In this document: positions 47,518-59,227 of the stretch, piece by piece
Layout: each line of letters opens with the position of its first letter
Position numbering within the stretch: position 1 is the first letter of the stretch
Source: Alteromonas sp.
GTDB lineage: Bacteria > Margulisbacteria > Marinamargulisbacteria > UBA6595
DNA length: 64,000 bases
Reading direction: 5' to 3'
Assembly (NCBI GenBank): GCA_964220215.1
Contig: CAXPTH010000003.1
Coordinates: forward strand, 5,246-69,245
Translations under genes and position numbers: made by a program
The notes under the pieces: model-generated
What the model was told of the DNA's origin: nothing
The model's database searches: none
The model's input: only the letters and a program-made list of their open reading frames with translations

Positions 47518-50500
47518 TCACCGAATTGCATGCGTTTTCCAGTTTGTAATAACCAACCATAGGTACCAGAAAAGGCTTAAAGCGAAAATTAACAGTGCCG
47601 ATATTAAATATAAACCCAATGCCCCATCAAACGGTTGGTACAGCCCCTGTTTAAGCGTATGAATTGTGGCGAAAAATCCAGTAATCAGTGGAATAAATGG
47701 CAAATGTTTACGAATCACTAATTTTGTAATAACCAGCAAACTAATGCCCATTAACACAGCCATGACGACTCCATGCGCCAATGCGCTGGGTAACTGAGTC
47801 ATGCCTAAAATAAATCCAGTAATAAAAATAACAAGCGGGCGAATACTCCAATGCCAATGAAATAAGCGAGACAATCGATCATAGACGTACAGTGTCATAA
47901 AAATAGTTAAGCTAATAATAATGTAATGCCGAATGGGGGACAGTATTGCTGATACGGTAGTGAAATACGTATTAACAGCCGTATAATCTGAAAAAACCAA
48001 TGTGTTGGGTTGAATATAGTATGCAACTGAGAGTAAGCCAAGCGCAATAAACGTGACCCCGCCACACAATAAAACCCGGTGAGACAAACACATTTCCAAT
48101 CGGCGGAACGATCCGTGATGAATAAACCCCGCAATAACCGATAAAACCATTGATTCAATCACAATAAAAGCGCCCGCTTTAACATTTAAAAGAACCAATT
48201 GATACGTCCACGATTTACCATCAATAACACGAAATAACAACTCCGGGTAGTGGTTAACATGAAGAACGGTGTTCAGGCACAACAGGCCAAAGAAAAAAAC
48301 ATAAAAAACGCGATAACTAAAATAATGATGCTGCCAACTATAAAGACTAAAAATAAATACCGCCAAAATAGCACTGTAGTACACTAGCTTTAAAATACCG
48401 AGAATTTGACTGCGAATCGATTGATTGGCTTTGGTTTTATGCACCCATTCTTTTGGCATTTTCAAAAGCTGAAACGTATCCACACTATAATTGTTGGCTA
48501 CATTTAAAATTAGCGATGCGCGATTAAACGGTTGGGGAACCTCGGTGTGATCCAGCATATACTGATAATATTGCGTATTATCTTTAATCTTGGTTGCCCG
48601 TTTGGCAACACCAAACGGGTGCTTCTGATCATAATCAAACAATTGAATGGTTTGTTTAATTAACGCTGAATGATTCGTTGTTGAAAACGACTCCGGAATG
48701 ACCATGCGCTTAAACCGCACCAGCTCACCGTGACTCCCTAGTGTAATGGCATATAAATCTTGAACGCGATGCTGCGTATTGACAATGCGAATGCGCCAAT
48801 ACGGTGCTACGGTATAGTGACCAAACTGTTGAGAATCTAGCTGGTTTTCCCATAAAAACGTATCCAGCATAGTGGGTTCTTGGCGAATGCTCATCAGCAA
48901 TTTCCACTCCGGCTGCCAGGTAATTCCCTGAGACTTTAAGAGGGATTCAACCCGACTGGGAACCAATTCTTTGTCTAAAGTAAGCATTGGCGAATTGGCA
49001 GTAAAGGGCGTTAGCATGACCCAAGCAGCAATCCCAATAAGGCTGCACACGCCAATGGCGTATAATTTCCCCTTTTTAAAGTGGCTAAACGCTTCAATTG
49101 GGCGCAATTGCCGATAAATTGTTTTGGTGCTGGGCTCCCAGGCTTTGTTAAGCACAGCCTCCGTAATTGGAGAAAACCCCCCCTGCTTGAGCCGCATCGC
49201 AATGGCATACATAAACGGAGCCGCAGCACCCAAAATAATAATGGCTTGATCAATAATCGTGTGCTGCTCAATAACGGTAAATAATGGAAGCGCATAAACA
49301 CTAATACTATAAATAAACTGCGCAATGATAATGGGCAATAACCCAAAGCGTAAATACACACACCCCAAGAGCAACGCAGGAACAATCAGCTTAGTCAGAT
49401 ACAACGAAGCTGGAATGCTGGCCCCTGAGTACATACCATGAAACGCCGCATAAATAAACGCCTGTGCCAGTAGTGCAAACCCAATCCAAGCTGATTTAAA
49501 CCCAAATCGTTTACCAAGCAACGCCGCTCCAGCCAATGGAATCGCGCGAAACAAACATTCTTTCCAGATACTATTGCTCAGACTATAAACAACCGGGCTA
49601 ACCCCCGGAAAATAGCTGCTCAGGATGGATTGATGCGCAAATAAATTGGATGGTGTCCATCCCGAGACCAATGGCGCTAACACATGATTGAATAAAATCA
49701 TATAGCCGATCAAAAAAATTCCAAGCAAATACCCGCCAAGAATACGTCCAAATACAGACGGGCTACTAACCACGCGGGACGACAGCAATTGCCACAATTG
49801 AATTCGATTTTCAAACGCTTTACGTGTTAAACTTTCGGCAACCATTAATGCCAGTGAAAATAAGATCAACCAAAACACCAGAGACCCAACAAACTGTGTC
49901 CCCAATTCAATTAAAAATGTTGTCTGTGCAATTAATGGATTGTAGGTATGCAATCGTATGGGCATCAAATTTAAGTTTGATAGTCCAACCAATGTAGCCA
50001 AAAGACTCCCGGCAATAATGGGTTTTTTCCAAATGAGATAGCCCCGCTTGATTAAAAAAGCAAGTCCAAAAAAACAGCCAATAATACCGTAAAATATTCC
50101 AAAACCGACACGGCCAATTAATGTAATTAATTGATGCGTTTTATTGGCGCGTTGGTAGTTCGCTAAAAAAGAATCTGGAATAACCAATCGATATTGGAAG
50201 CCGCTCACTGTATTATTTCTTAGACTCACCACAAGCTCTATTGTTTTAGTGTAGCCATTGGACGGCTGATCGTATTGATAGCGGCACATATAGCGAGACT
50301 TGGTTTGATCGCCACACCCGAGCCAACGCATCTGGCTTAAATTGACCCCCCACGTTTGTGTCAATTGCTTGGATACCGCATCAACACCCAGGGGCATTGC
50401 TTTTGTTAAGGGCTGGTCAGAACGACTGCGATCATCAAATCCATAGAGTTCCCCATTGGCTCTTAAATAAATTCGAACATCCTGTTGGGTTTGCGCGCTT

Positions 50501-50832
50501 AAGTGCCGAACTTCCCAGAAAAAGGGCTCATACGGTGTACTGACAAGGCTATCGCCATGCACGCTGGCCTTGAAGTCCACATACTGTGTTTCTGCTTTAT
50601 TGGAACGAAATACGGCCGTTTGTTGATACGTATTGGGCCCAATTCCCAGTGATTTAGCCAATTCATGCGCCTGATCCAAGGCCATAGATCGGTTCATACT
50701 AATCGGCGGCGTGATTTTACTCACCATGGGCTGAACCTTCATATATGTAAACGCAAGAGAAATCATTGCTAAAAGAATCAAGGCGTCCCAAAATAGCTTG
50801 TTTCTAAATAATGTGCCGGTTTTTATGCCCAT
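47518..50832 (-). CDS. giant polytopic membrane protein with CPBP (CAAX-protease/Abi)-like core and two large extracytoplasmic domains
   Basis: 1104 aa, more than 15 hydrophobic helices. KECLFRAIPL and AAFHGMY resemble CPBP motifs 1 and 2 (EExxxR, FxxxH). Confidence 0.5.
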   Translation of the reverse strand: MGIKTGTLFRNKLFWDALILLAMISLAFTYMKVQPMVSKITPPISMNRSMALDQAHELAKSLGIGPNTYQQTAVFRSNKAETQYVDFKASVHGDSLVSTPYEPFFWEVRHLSAQTQQDVRIYLRANGELYGFDDRSRSDQPLTKAMPLGVDAVSKQLTQTWGVNLSQMRWLGCGDQTKSRYMCRYQYDQPSNGYTKTIELVVSLRNNTVSGFQYRLVIPDSFLANYQRANKTHQLITLIGRVGFGIFYGIIGCFFGLAFLIKRGYLIWKKPIIAGSLLATLVGLSNLNLMPIRLHTYNPLIAQTTFLIELGTQFVGSLVFWLILFSLALMVAESLTRKAFENRIQLWQLLSSRVVSSPSVFGRILGGYLLGIFLIGYMILFNHVLAPLVSGWTPSNLFAHQSILSSYFPGVSPVVYSLSNSIWKECLFRAIPLAGAALLGKRFGFKSAWIGFALLAQAFIYAAFHGMYSGASIPASLYLTKLIVPALLLGCVYLRFGLLPIIIAQFIYSISVYALPLFTVIEQHTIIDQAIIILGAAAPFMYAIAMRLKQGGFSPITEAVLNKAWEPSTKTIYRQLRPIEAFSHFKKGKLYAIGVCSLIGIAAWVMLTPFTANSPMLTLDKELVPSRVESLLKSQGITWQPEWKLLMSIRQEPTMLDTFLWENQLDSQQFGHYTVAPYWRIRIVNTQHRVQDLYAITLGSHGELVRFKRMVIPESFSTTNHSALIKQTIQLFDYDQKHPFGVAKRATKIKDNTQYYQYMLDHTEVPQPFNRASLILNVANNYSVDTFQLLKMPKEWVHKTKANQSIRSQILGILKLVYYSAILAVFIFSLYSWQHHYFSYRVFYVFFFGLLCLNTVLHVNHYPELLFRVIDGKSWTYQLVLLNVKAGAFIVIESMVLSVIAGFIHHGSFRRLEMCLSHRVLLCGGVTFIALGLLSVAYYIQPNTLVFSDYTAVNTYFTTVSAILSPIRHYIIISLTIFMTLYVYDRLSRLFHWHWSIRPLVIFITGFILGMTQLPSALAHGVVMAVLMGISLLVITKLVIRKHLPFIPLITGFFATIHTLKQGLYQPFDGALGLYLISALLIFALSLFWYLWLVITNWKTHAIR

Positions 50833-50916
50833 AGTTATTCCAAAAATTTTATTATACCATGATTTAAATGTGATAGAATAAACTCAGTATACAAATACGT
50901 ATACCCCATTAACATT

Positions 50917-51531
50917 ATGCGAACATTTGCAATCGGTGATATTCATGGTGAGATTAACAAACTTTGTGGGTTAATCCAGTTGCTTAATCCAACACCATCG
51001 GATCGATTAATATTTCTAGGAGATTACATTGATCGTGGTCCCGATAGCCAAGCCGTTGTGTCGTTTCTGTGTGATTTATCAACTCAGACCCAGTGTTTGT
51101 TTCTAAAAGGAAACCACGAAGCTTTACTGGAACAAGCGGCTGTCAGCAACCGACGCTTACACGTTTGGCTAAAAAATGGGGGAGACACAACGCTACTAAG
51201 CTATGGGTCTATGGATAATCTTTGGGTTCAACACGCTGAGTTTTTTAAGAATATGCCACTGTATCATGAAACGGACAGCTATATTTTTGTCCATGCCGGA
51301 ATTAAGCCCAATGTTCCCATGTATCAACAGCATGAAAGCGATTTATTATGGATCCGAAACGAGTTTTTGGATCAACCCACGGGTTTAAGCAAAGTCGTTG
51401 TTCACGGCCATTCCCGAGTCAACCATGTCGATATTCAATCGGATAAAATTAATATTGATACAGGGGCCGTGTACGGGGGTGCGCTCAGCGCCATTGAATT
51501 GCCCAGTCAACAGGTTATCCAATTTAAATAA
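50917..51531 (+). CDS. PPP-family serine/threonine phosphatase / ApaH-like metallophosphoesterase
   Basis: GDIHG...GDYIDRG...GNHE metallophosphatase motifs. Confidence 0.75.
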   Translation: MRTFAIGDIHGEINKLCGLIQLLNPTPSDRLIFLGDYIDRGPDSQAVVSFLCDLSTQTQCLFLKGNHEALLEQAAVSNRRLHVWLKNGGDTTLLSYGSMDNLWVQHAEFFKNMPLYHETDSYIFVHAGIKPNVPMYQQHESDLLWIRNEFLDQPTGLSKVVVHGHSRVNHVDIQSDKINIDTGAVYGGALSAIELPSQQVIQFK

Positions 51532-51609
51532 ACTTAACATGCAAGTTTTGTTTATATAACTCACGATAAGTGATTATGTAAATCAAAAATTTACAACAAT
51601 CCGGTTATA

Positions 51610-51801
51610 GTGTTTAAAAAATATGGGAGGGGAACTGTGGGGCATTACGATTTTTCAGATGATCATTATGATTATGAGGCACTTTTTGATTACGATGATT
51701 TTGAAGAGATCATGGATTCGATTGATATTGACTTAGACTTAGAGGAAATCAATAAAGAAACTATGTTTGAAGACATATCCGAAGATATGTATAACGCATA
51801 A
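51610..51801 (+). CDS. very acidic small protein (about 54-63 aa)
   Basis: ORF with SD-like gggagggg before an internal GTG. About 21 Asp/Glu against very few basic residues. Followed by a clean hairpin terminator. Confidence 0.35.
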   Translation: MFKKYGRGTVGHYDFSDDHYDYEALFDYDDFEEIMDSIDIDLDLEEINKETMFEDISEDMYNA

Positions 51802-51825
51802 TAGAATTATTAAACTCAGTGTCTA

Positions 51826-51860
51826 AAGTGGGCCTGAACCGGCCCACTTTCATTTTGTTT
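51826..51860 (+). terminator. rho-independent terminator
   Basis: agtgggcc-tgaacc-ggcccact stem-loop followed by ttcattttgttt. Confidence 0.6.
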
Positions 51861-51935
51861 GCGTCATGCTTTGTGCTACAATAAAATACAGATGAAAAAA
51901 TCAGGTTATTTAAGTATTGTAGTAAGGAGAAAGCA

Positions 51936-52877
51936 ATGAACCAAAAGAAAATAACAGTCGTGGGTGCGGGTCATGTTGGCGCCACAGCAGCACAGCGGTT
52001 ATTAGAAAAACAATTGGGGCCAATTTGTCTGATTGATGTTGTTGAAGGCTTAGCCGCAGGCAAGGCTTTGGACATGATGCAATCCGGTGCCACGGAAGGG
52101 TTTGGCACACAGATTGTTGGCACAACAGACTACGCCGATACAGCTAATTCAGACATTGTCTTAATTACAGCTGGGATTGCGCGGAAGCCTGGTATGTCAC
52201 GGGATGATTTGTTGGCAACAAATGCAAAAATCGTCTTAAGCATTGTGGATCAAATTATTGCTCATTCTCCAAACGCAATCATTGTCATGGTCACGAATCC
52301 TCTGGATGTGATGACGCAATTGGCCGCTGATCGGGTGGGGGATACCAATCGCGTCGTTGGTATGGCCGGCGTCTTAGACTCATCCCGTTATGCCTGCTTT
52401 ATTGCAGAAGCCCTGCAGTGCTCTATCCAAGATGTTCGCGCCATGGTTTTGGGGGGTCACGGGGATTCTATGGTTCCGGTGCCACAATATTCAACGGTTA
52501 ACGGTGTTCCAATTACGGAGCTTTTGCCCGCAGATACCATTGAGGCGATTAACAAGCGAACGCAGACCGGTGGGGCTGAAATTGTTCAATTACTAAAAAC
52601 GGGGAGTGCCTACTATGCGCCTTCTGCATCAGCAGTGGCCATGGTAGAGGCCATTGCCTTGGACACAAATCGCTTACTACCCGCTTGTGTTAAATTAAAT
52701 GGAGAATACGGAATCTCAGATATTTATTGTGGGGTTCCCGTTCGACTGGGTGCTTCGGGATTGGTTGATATCGTAACCATTTCATTAACCGATGAACAGC
52801 AAGCAGCCTTACACCAATCGGCTGAATCGGTTAGAGAAACATATGTAAAATGTCAGGAGCTCGTGCAAGTCAAATGA
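51936..52877 (+). CDS. mdh: malate dehydrogenase (LDH-like family)
   Basis: [13 protein letters not shown]...; strong SD (aaggag). Confidence 0.9.
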   Translation: MNQKKITVVGAGHVGATAAQRLLEKQLGPICLIDVVEGLAAGKALDMMQSGATEGFGTQIVGTTDYADTANSDIVLITAGIARKPGMSRDDLLATNAKIVLSIVDQIIAHSPNAIIVMVTNPLDVMTQLAADRVGDTNRVVGMAGVLDSSRYACFIAEALQCSIQDVRAMVLGGHGDSMVPVPQYSTVNGVPITELLPADTIEAINKRTQTGGAEIVQLLKTGSAYYAPSASAVAMVEAIALDTNRLLPACVKLNGEYGISDIYCGVPVRLGASGLVDIVTISLTDEQQAALHQSAESVRETYVKCQELVQVK

Positions 52878-53557
52878 TAAAACAGTATATACAATCCCAA
52901 ATCGGCAAGAAGCAACTCGTTGCCATCAGCGGTCTTGCCTTGATCTTATTTGTTATGTTTCATTTATCGGCCAACCTGTTGCTGTTTCTTGGGCCAGATT
53001 ATTTTAATTTTTTTCCTGAATTAATTCATTCCACAGGTATTGGATTGCGAATGATTGAATCGGGATTGGCCGCTGTTTTTTTTCTTCACATTGGGCTAAC
53101 CGTTGCACTGGTTCGACAAAACCGAAAAGCCCGTGGGCAGCAATACAAAACAGTGAACTACGCCAAGCGAAGCATTGCCACTCGGTTAATGCCCTATACC
53201 GGAACCCTGCTGCTATTATTCTTGGCCGTGCATATTAATGATTTTGTTCTTCAAGATCATTTTGGTGCTAAAAGTATTGTTGGCGGAGAGTCCCTTGGTT
53301 TGTACGGACTCGTATACAATGCATTTGCCAATCCGTTTCGCGTTGGTCTTTATGTTCTGGGTGTTTTTTCTTTGGGCTTTCATTTATCGCATGGCATTCA
53401 AAGTGTGTTTCAAACGCTGGGCTATCACAGCCCCAAATACACCCCGATTATTAAACACATGAGTCGTGGTTTGGGTGTGCTTGTTGCCGTGTTATTTGCA
53501 AGTATTCCGTTTTATTTTTCATATATGAATATAGTGGGGTGTTGTTATGTCTCATAA
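52874..53557 (+). CDS. sdhC: succinate dehydrogenase/fumarate reductase cytochrome b subunit (single 5-TM type-B anchor)
   Basis: About 227 aa, five helices with conserved His positions. Start moved to the internal Met to give a 4-nt overlap with mdh. Confidence 0.7.
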   Translation: MIKQYIQSQIGKKQLVAISGLALILFVMFHLSANLLLFLGPDYFNFFPELIHSTGIGLRMIESGLAAVFFLHIGLTVALVRQNRKARGQQYKTVNYAKRSIATRLMPYTGTLLLLFLAVHINDFVLQDHFGAKSIVGGESLGLYGLVYNAFANPFRVGLYVLGVFSLGFHLSHGIQSVFQTLGYHSPKYTPIIKHMSRGLGVLVAVLFASIPFYFSYMNIVGCCYVS

Positions 53558-55466
53558 ATTAAATTCTAAAGTTCCAACTGGTGATATTGATAAACAATGG
53601 GATTCCCATCGGTTTAATCTTAAGTTAATCAATCCCAGCAATCGACGAAAGTATCGAATTATTATTGTCGGCACCGGTTTAGCGGGTGCTTCTGCAGCTG
53701 CATCGTTTGCTGAAATGGGCTATTCCGTTGATGTCTTCTGTTTCCAAGACAGTCCACGACGGGCGCATAGTATTGCCGCTCAGGGCGGTATTAATGCAGC
53801 AAAAAATTACTGCAACGATGGGGACAGTATTTATCGGCTGTTTCACGATACAATTAAAGGCGGGGATTTTCGAGCGCGAGAATCCAATGTTTATCGACTT
53901 GCTCAAAACAGCGTCAATATCATTGACCAATGCGTGGCTCAGGGTGTTCCTTTTGCTCGCGAATATGGCGGTCATTTAGCCAATCGTTCTTTCGGGGGTG
54001 CGCAAGTATCGCGAACATTTTATGCCAAGGGACAAACTGGTCAGCAATTATTGTTAGGCGCATATTCAGCGATGATGAAAGAAGTGCATCGCAAACGTAT
54101 TCGGTTGCATACTAAGACCGAAATGTTGGATTTGGTCTTGGTTGACGGCAAAGCGCGTGGAATTATCACCCGGCATTTAGAAACTGGAAAGATAGAAGCG
54201 CATGCTGCTGAAACGGTGATTTTAGCAACCGGCGGATACAGCAATGTGTTCTTTTTATCCACCAATGCAAAAGGGTGTAATGTCACAGCAACATGGCGAG
54301 CGCACAAGAAGGGGGCGTTTTTCGCCAATCCGTGTTTTACACAAATTCATCCTACCTGTATACCCGTTAAAGGGGATTACCAATCCAAGTTAACGCTAAT
54401 GAGTGAAAGCCTTCGAAATGATGGGCGCGTTTGGGTGCCTAAAGACAAAAATGACAGCCGACATCCCAATGATATTCCGGATGCAGAGCGCTATTATTAC
54501 TTAGAGGAACGCTACCCCAGCTTTGGAAACTTGGTTCCCCGAGACTTAGCCTCACGAAATGCAAAATATGTCTGCGACGAGGGCTTGGGTGTTGGGGCCA
54601 CGGGCTTAGCCGTCTATTTGGATTTTGCTGATGCAATTAAACGCGATGGACGATCGGCTATTGAACAACGCTATGGAAATTTGTTTGAAATTTATGAGCG
54701 TATCACGGGCGATGATCCATATACGCAACCCATGATGATTTATCCCGCTGTTCACTACACGATGGGAGGACTCTGGGTGGATTATAATCTTATGAGCACG
54801 ATTCCAGGGTTGCATGTTTTGGGTGAAGCAAACTTTTCTGATCATGGTGCCAACCGACTGGGCGCCAGTGCCCTAATGCAAGGGTTGTCCGATGGGTATT
54901 TTGTTGCTCCGTACACTGTTCCAGATTATTTGGCAACAACCGATCTAGAAACGGTAGATACAACGCATTCCGAGTTTGTCACAGCTATCCAAGCCTGTGA
55001 ATCTCGAATTGAAAAACTTTTGTCTATTAAAGGGGACAAAACTGTGGATGATTTTCACCGAGAATTGGGATTAATTATGTGGGATAAATGCGGCATGTCT
55101 CGCAGTCAATCGGGTCTAGAAGAAGCTTTAGACGCGGTAAAAAAGCTAGAACAAGAGTTTTGGACCCGTGTAAATGTTCCTGGATCTGGGGATACATTAA
55201 ATCAAAGCCTTGAAAAAGCGGGGCGTGTGGCAGACTTCTTTGAATTTTCAAAATTAAAAATACAAGATGCCTTGCATCGCAATGAATCTTGTGGCGGACA
55301 TTTTCGAGAGGAATACCAAAGTCAAGATGGGGAAGCCGTTCGGGATGATGAGAATTTTCGATACGTTGCTGCGTGGGAATTGAATCCAGAAACGGGTGAA
55401 GAAATATTGCATAAAGAGGTCCTGGAGTTTCCAAATGCACCACTGTCAACAAGGAGTTATAAATAG
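53547..55466 (+). CDS. sdhA: succinate dehydrogenase flavoprotein subunit
   Basis: [16 protein letters not shown]...[15 protein letters not shown] covalent-FAD His region; 639 aa. Confidence 0.9.
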   Translation: MSHKLNSKVPTGDIDKQWDSHRFNLKLINPSNRRKYRIIIVGTGLAGASAAASFAEMGYSVDVFCFQDSPRRAHSIAAQGGINAAKNYCNDGDSIYRLFHDTIKGGDFRARESNVYRLAQNSVNIIDQCVAQGVPFAREYGGHLANRSFGGAQVSRTFYAKGQTGQQLLLGAYSAMMKEVHRKRIRLHTKTEMLDLVLVDGKARGIITRHLETGKIEAHAAETVILATGGYSNVFFLSTNAKGCNVTATWRAHKKGAFFANPCFTQIHPTCIPVKGDYQSKLTLMSESLRNDGRVWVPKDKNDSRHPNDIPDAERYYYLEERYPSFGNLVPRDLASRNAKYVCDEGLGVGATGLAVYLDFADAIKRDGRSAIEQRYGNLFEIYERITGDDPYTQPMMIYPAVHYTMGGLWVDYNLMSTIPGLHVLGEANFSDHGANRLGASALMQGLSDGYFVAPYTVPDYLATTDLETVDTTHSEFVTAIQACESRIEKLLSIKGDKTVDDFHRELGLIMWDKCGMSRSQSGLEEALDAVKKLEQEFWTRVNVPGSGDTLNQSLEKAGRVADFFEFSKLKIQDALHRNESCGGHFREEYQSQDGEAVRDDENFRYVAAWELNPETGEEILHKEVLEFPNAPLSTRSYK

Positions 55467-55468
55467 TC

Positions 55469-56236
55469 ATGGGTAAAACATTGGATTTAACATTACGAAT
55501 ATGGCGTCAAAAGAATGCAGATTCAAGCGGTGAATTTGTGACATATGACTTGGAAAATGTCGATGTAAACGCATCGTTTCTTGAAATGTTGGATGTTTTA
55601 AACGAAAAACTGACATTATCGGGTGACGAGCCTGTTGCCTTTGAGCATGATTGTCGAGAAGGTATTTGTGGCAGCTGTGGGGCCATGGTCAACGGAAAGG
55701 CCCACGGTGGTGAAGATAAAACAACGCTGTGTCAATTGCATATGCGTCACTTCAAATCCGGTGATGTGATTGTAATTGAACCATTTCGAGCCAAAGCGTT
55801 GCCCGTTGTTAAAGACTTGGTTGTGGACCGATCGGCGCTGGATCGCATTATCGAATCCGGTGGCTATATATCCGTAAAAACGGGAAGTGCTCCTGAAGCC
55901 AATCAAATTTTAGTTAAAAAAGATTTGGCTGATCGCGCCATGGATGCGGCATCCTGTATTGGTTGTAGCGCCTGCGTAGCCGCTTGCCCGAATGCATCAG
56001 CTATGTTGTTTACCAGTGCTAAAGTCGTTCATTTAGGCAGCTTACCCCAAGGATCCACTGAAGCAGCGTCTCGAGTGATTAATATGGTAGATGAAATGAA
56101 AAATAGTGGGTTTGGCAATTGTTCCAATGAATATTTATGTGAAGCAGCATGCCCCAAAGGCATTAAAGTTTCAAATATCGCCAAAATGAATCAATGGTAT
56201 AAACAAGCCATGACCAACCAAGAATTGAGTGAGTAA
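55469..56236 (+). CDS. sdhB: succinate dehydrogenase iron-sulfur subunit
   Basis: [15 protein letters not shown] (2Fe-2S) and [12 protein letters not shown] (4Fe-4S). Confidence 0.9.
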   Translation: MGKTLDLTLRIWRQKNADSSGEFVTYDLENVDVNASFLEMLDVLNEKLTLSGDEPVAFEHDCREGICGSCGAMVNGKAHGGEDKTTLCQLHMRHFKSGDVIVIEPFRAKALPVVKDLVVDRSALDRIIESGGYISVKTGSAPEANQILVKKDLADRAMDAASCIGCSACVAACPNASAMLFTSAKVVHLGSLPQGSTEAASRVINMVDEMKNSGFGNCSNEYLCEAACPKGIKVSNIAKMNQWYKQAMTNQELSE

Positions 56237-57833
56237 TACTGTATTTATTTTTATTACAGGGGGAGTCGTTTCTTCTATTGGTAAAGGCATAACCATTGCA
56301 TCGCTGGGCCTATTATTAAAGCGGCGCGGCTTGTCTGTGGCTGTTCAAAAATTTGATCCCTATTTAAATGTTGATCCTGGCACCATGAGCCCATATCAAC
56401 ACGGGGAGGTATTTGTCACTGAAGATGGGGGCGAGACCGACTTGGATTTGGGGCATTACGAACGATTTATGGATCAAAATCTATCCCGACTCAGCTCCGT
56501 AACATCCGGCATGGTGTACTGGGATGTATTATCAAAAGAGCGACGGGGGGACTTTTTAGGTAATACCGTTCAAATTATTCCTCATGTCACCAATGAAATT
56601 CAACGGCGTTTGGTCAGCGTCTTGGATGAAACCCATTACGATGTTGTGTTAACCGAAGTTGGGGGAACCATTGGCGATATGGAAAGCATGGCGTTTTTAG
56701 AAGCCATTCGTCAATTTCAATACAACAATCGCGCCAATTGTTTTCACATTCACATGACCTTGGTTCCTTACATACAAGCTGCTGGCGAACTAAAAACAAA
56801 ACCAACCCAACACAGTGTTAAAGAATTGCGTGAAATCGGTATTCACCCCGATGCAATTGTGTGCCGAGCAGAATTGCCTTTAGATGAAAGCGTTAAAAAG
56901 AAAATTGCCTTATTTTGTGATGTGGATGAAACCGCAGTCATATCCGCACATGATGTGCCCAGTTTATATGAAGTGCCGTTTGTCTTAGCGAAAGAAAATC
57001 TAGATGGCGTCGTTGCTAAAAAGTTTGGATGGGAATCTGTTCCCATTGATTTAAGCGATTGGGCGCAATTTGTTGAATTATCAAAATCCACCCCAAACCA
57101 AACACTAACCATTGCTATTGTGGGTAAGTACACGGCCCTAAGTGATGCCTATATTAGTGTTGTGGAAGCCCTAAAACATGCCGCCATGGCATACAATTGC
57201 AGTGTCAAAATTCAATGGGTGCATGCCGATGAGCTGGAAAACACAGACAGCTTGGACACACAGTTTAGCAACGTGGATGGCATTTTAGTTCCCGGTGGAT
57301 TTGGCGATCGGGGATTGGGAGGTAAAATTCGAGCGGCGAACTATGCACGCGAGCACAAAATCCCCTATTTTGGGTTGTGTTTAGGTATGCATGTTGCCGT
57401 TATTGAATTTGCTCAAAATGTGTTGCAATGGCCCAATGCCAACAGCCGTGAATTTAGTTCTGAAGACAAATTGGTCATTGACCTCATGGAAGATCAACAC
57501 AATCAAACAGACAAAGGTGGCAGCATGCGATTGGGCGCTTACGATTGTTATTTAGTCACCGATAGCTTAGCCTATCAAGCCTATCAAACATCGGTTGTAT
57601 CGGAACGCCATCGCCACCGATACGAATTTAATAATACGTATCGCCAGGCGTTTGAATCGGCCGGTTTGCGTATTGTTGGCGAAAACAAAGAACGCAATCT
57701 TGTTGAAATTATCGAAATTCCGGATCATCCTTGGTATCTAGCTTGTCAATTTCATCCAGAGTTTAAATCACGACCCAATCGGCCCCATCCCTTGTTTTCA
57801 TCGTTTATTCAAGGAGTATTAAGCAACCAATGA
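56229..57833 (+). CDS. pyrG: CTP synthase
   Basis: [17 protein letters not shown]-terminus and GATase C-domain (GLCLGMH). Confidence 0.9.
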   Translation: MSNTVFIFITGGVVSSIGKGITIASLGLLLKRRGLSVAVQKFDPYLNVDPGTMSPYQHGEVFVTEDGGETDLDLGHYERFMDQNLSRLSSVTSGMVYWDVLSKERRGDFLGNTVQIIPHVTNEIQRRLVSVLDETHYDVVLTEVGGTIGDMESMAFLEAIRQFQYNNRANCFHIHMTLVPYIQAAGELKTKPTQHSVKELREIGIHPDAIVCRAELPLDESVKKKIALFCDVDETAVISAHDVPSLYEVPFVLAKENLDGVVAKKFGWESVPIDLSDWAQFVELSKSTPNQTLTIAIVGKYTALSDAYISVVEALKHAAMAYNCSVKIQWVHADELENTDSLDTQFSNVDGILVPGGFGDRGLGGKIRAANYAREHKIPYFGLCLGMHVAVIEFAQNVLQWPNANSREFSSEDKLVIDLMEDQHNQTDKGGSMRLGAYDCYLVTDSLAYQAYQTSVVSERHRHRYEFNNTYRQAFESAGLRIVGENKERNLVEIIEIPDHPWYLACQFHPEFKSRPNRPHPLFSSFIQGVLSNQ

Positions 57834-59227
57834 AAGACGAATGCGGTGTTTTTGGTGTTTTTGGTCATTTAGAAGCCTCTGAATTGTGTTACTTGGGGTT
57901 GTATGCACTCCAACATCGGGGGCAGGAAAGTGCCGGTATTATTTCCTCGGACAATGGGGAGTTTTATGTGGTTAAAGATATGGGACTGGTGGGAGAGGTT
58001 TTTGATTCAAATCGACTGGAATCATTAAAAGGCACTGCGGCCATTGGGCATGTTCGGTATTCGACAACAGGGTCATCCCATGCCCACAATATTCAGCCAT
58101 TATATGCCAAAACAGCCCATGGCAAATTAGCAATTGCCCACAATGGCAATTTAACCAATGCCGCCCATTTGCATAAAATTCTAAAAGATGATGGCGCTCT
58201 GTTTCAATCCACTGTGGATACCGAAGTACTCTTGCATATTATGGCCCAACTAAAAACCATGGACTTTTCCGATCGATTAATACAAGCGTTGCAAAAAATT
58301 GAAGGGGCTTTTTCATTGGTTGGCATGGATGAACACTGCTTATTTGGTGTTCGGGATCCGCATGGGTTTCGCCCGTTGGTTTTGGGCAAAAAAGATGAGG
58401 CCTTTGTCTTGGCGTCTGAAACGTGTGCCTTGGATTTAATTGGGGCCAGCTACGAACGCGAGATACGACCCGGTGAATGTGTCATTATTACTGAATCAGG
58501 GCTTCAATCAATTCAGTATAGCACCATTGCAATGCCTAAACAGTGTGTGTTTGAACACGTGTATTTTGCTCGACCCGATAGCATTGTCTATGACCAAAGT
58601 GTACACAAGGTACGCAAAGCGTTTGGCCGTGTTTTAGCTAACGAATTTCCAAGAAAAGCAGATCTTGTTATTGCCATTCCCGATTCTGGAAATAGCGCAG
58701 CCTTGGGCTATTCAGAAGCCTCAGGCATTCCGTTTGAGTTTGGGATTACGCGCAATCATTACGTGGGGCGTACGTTTATTCAACCCACGCAAAGTGTTCG
58801 CAATTTCTCAGTTCGAATTAAACTGAATCCGGTATCGGCTATTCTTAGAGGAAAATCAATTGTCGTGGTGGATGATTCCTTGGTTCGAGGCACAACAGCA
58901 AAACGTCGGATTGTTGCCTTGCGACGTGCGGGTGTCAAAGAAATTCATGTGCTGATATCATCGCCACCCGTGATTGCTCCCTGTCATTTTGGTATTGATA
59001 CCCCAGAAGAATCCCAATTAATTGCCAATCATAAAACAGTGGATGAAATTTGTGACTACATTGGCGCCGATAGCTTGGGATTTTTATCCCGAGAGGGAAT
59101 GTTGTCCGCCATTGAAGGTGTGGATAGCCGGGCGTTTTGCACCGCCTGTTTTGATGCGAATTACCCGATTGAAATTAAAGACAAAGGCAAATACAGCTTA
59201 GAATCCGACCCCATTCATTTTTGCTAA
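57830..59227 (+). CDS. purF: amidophosphoribosyltransferase
   Basis: [12 protein letters not shown] Ntn-Cys N-terminus, PRTase motif VVVDDSLVRGTT. Confidence 0.9.
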   Translation: MKDECGVFGVFGHLEASELCYLGLYALQHRGQESAGIISSDNGEFYVVKDMGLVGEVFDSNRLESLKGTAAIGHVRYSTTGSSHAHNIQPLYAKTAHGKLAIAHNGNLTNAAHLHKILKDDGALFQSTVDTEVLLHIMAQLKTMDFSDRLIQALQKIEGAFSLVGMDEHCLFGVRDPHGFRPLVLGKKDEAFVLASETCALDLIGASYEREIRPGECVIITESGLQSIQYSTIAMPKQCVFEHVYFARPDSIVYDQSVHKVRKAFGRVLANEFPRKADLVIAIPDSGNSAALGYSEASGIPFEFGITRNHYVGRTFIQPTQSVRNFSVRIKLNPVSAILRGKSIVVVDDSLVRGTTAKRRIVALRRAGVKEIHVLISSPPVIAPCHFGIDTPEESQLIANHKTVDEICDYIGADSLGFLSREGMLSAIEGVDSRAFCTACFDANYPIEIKDKGKYSLESDPIHFC

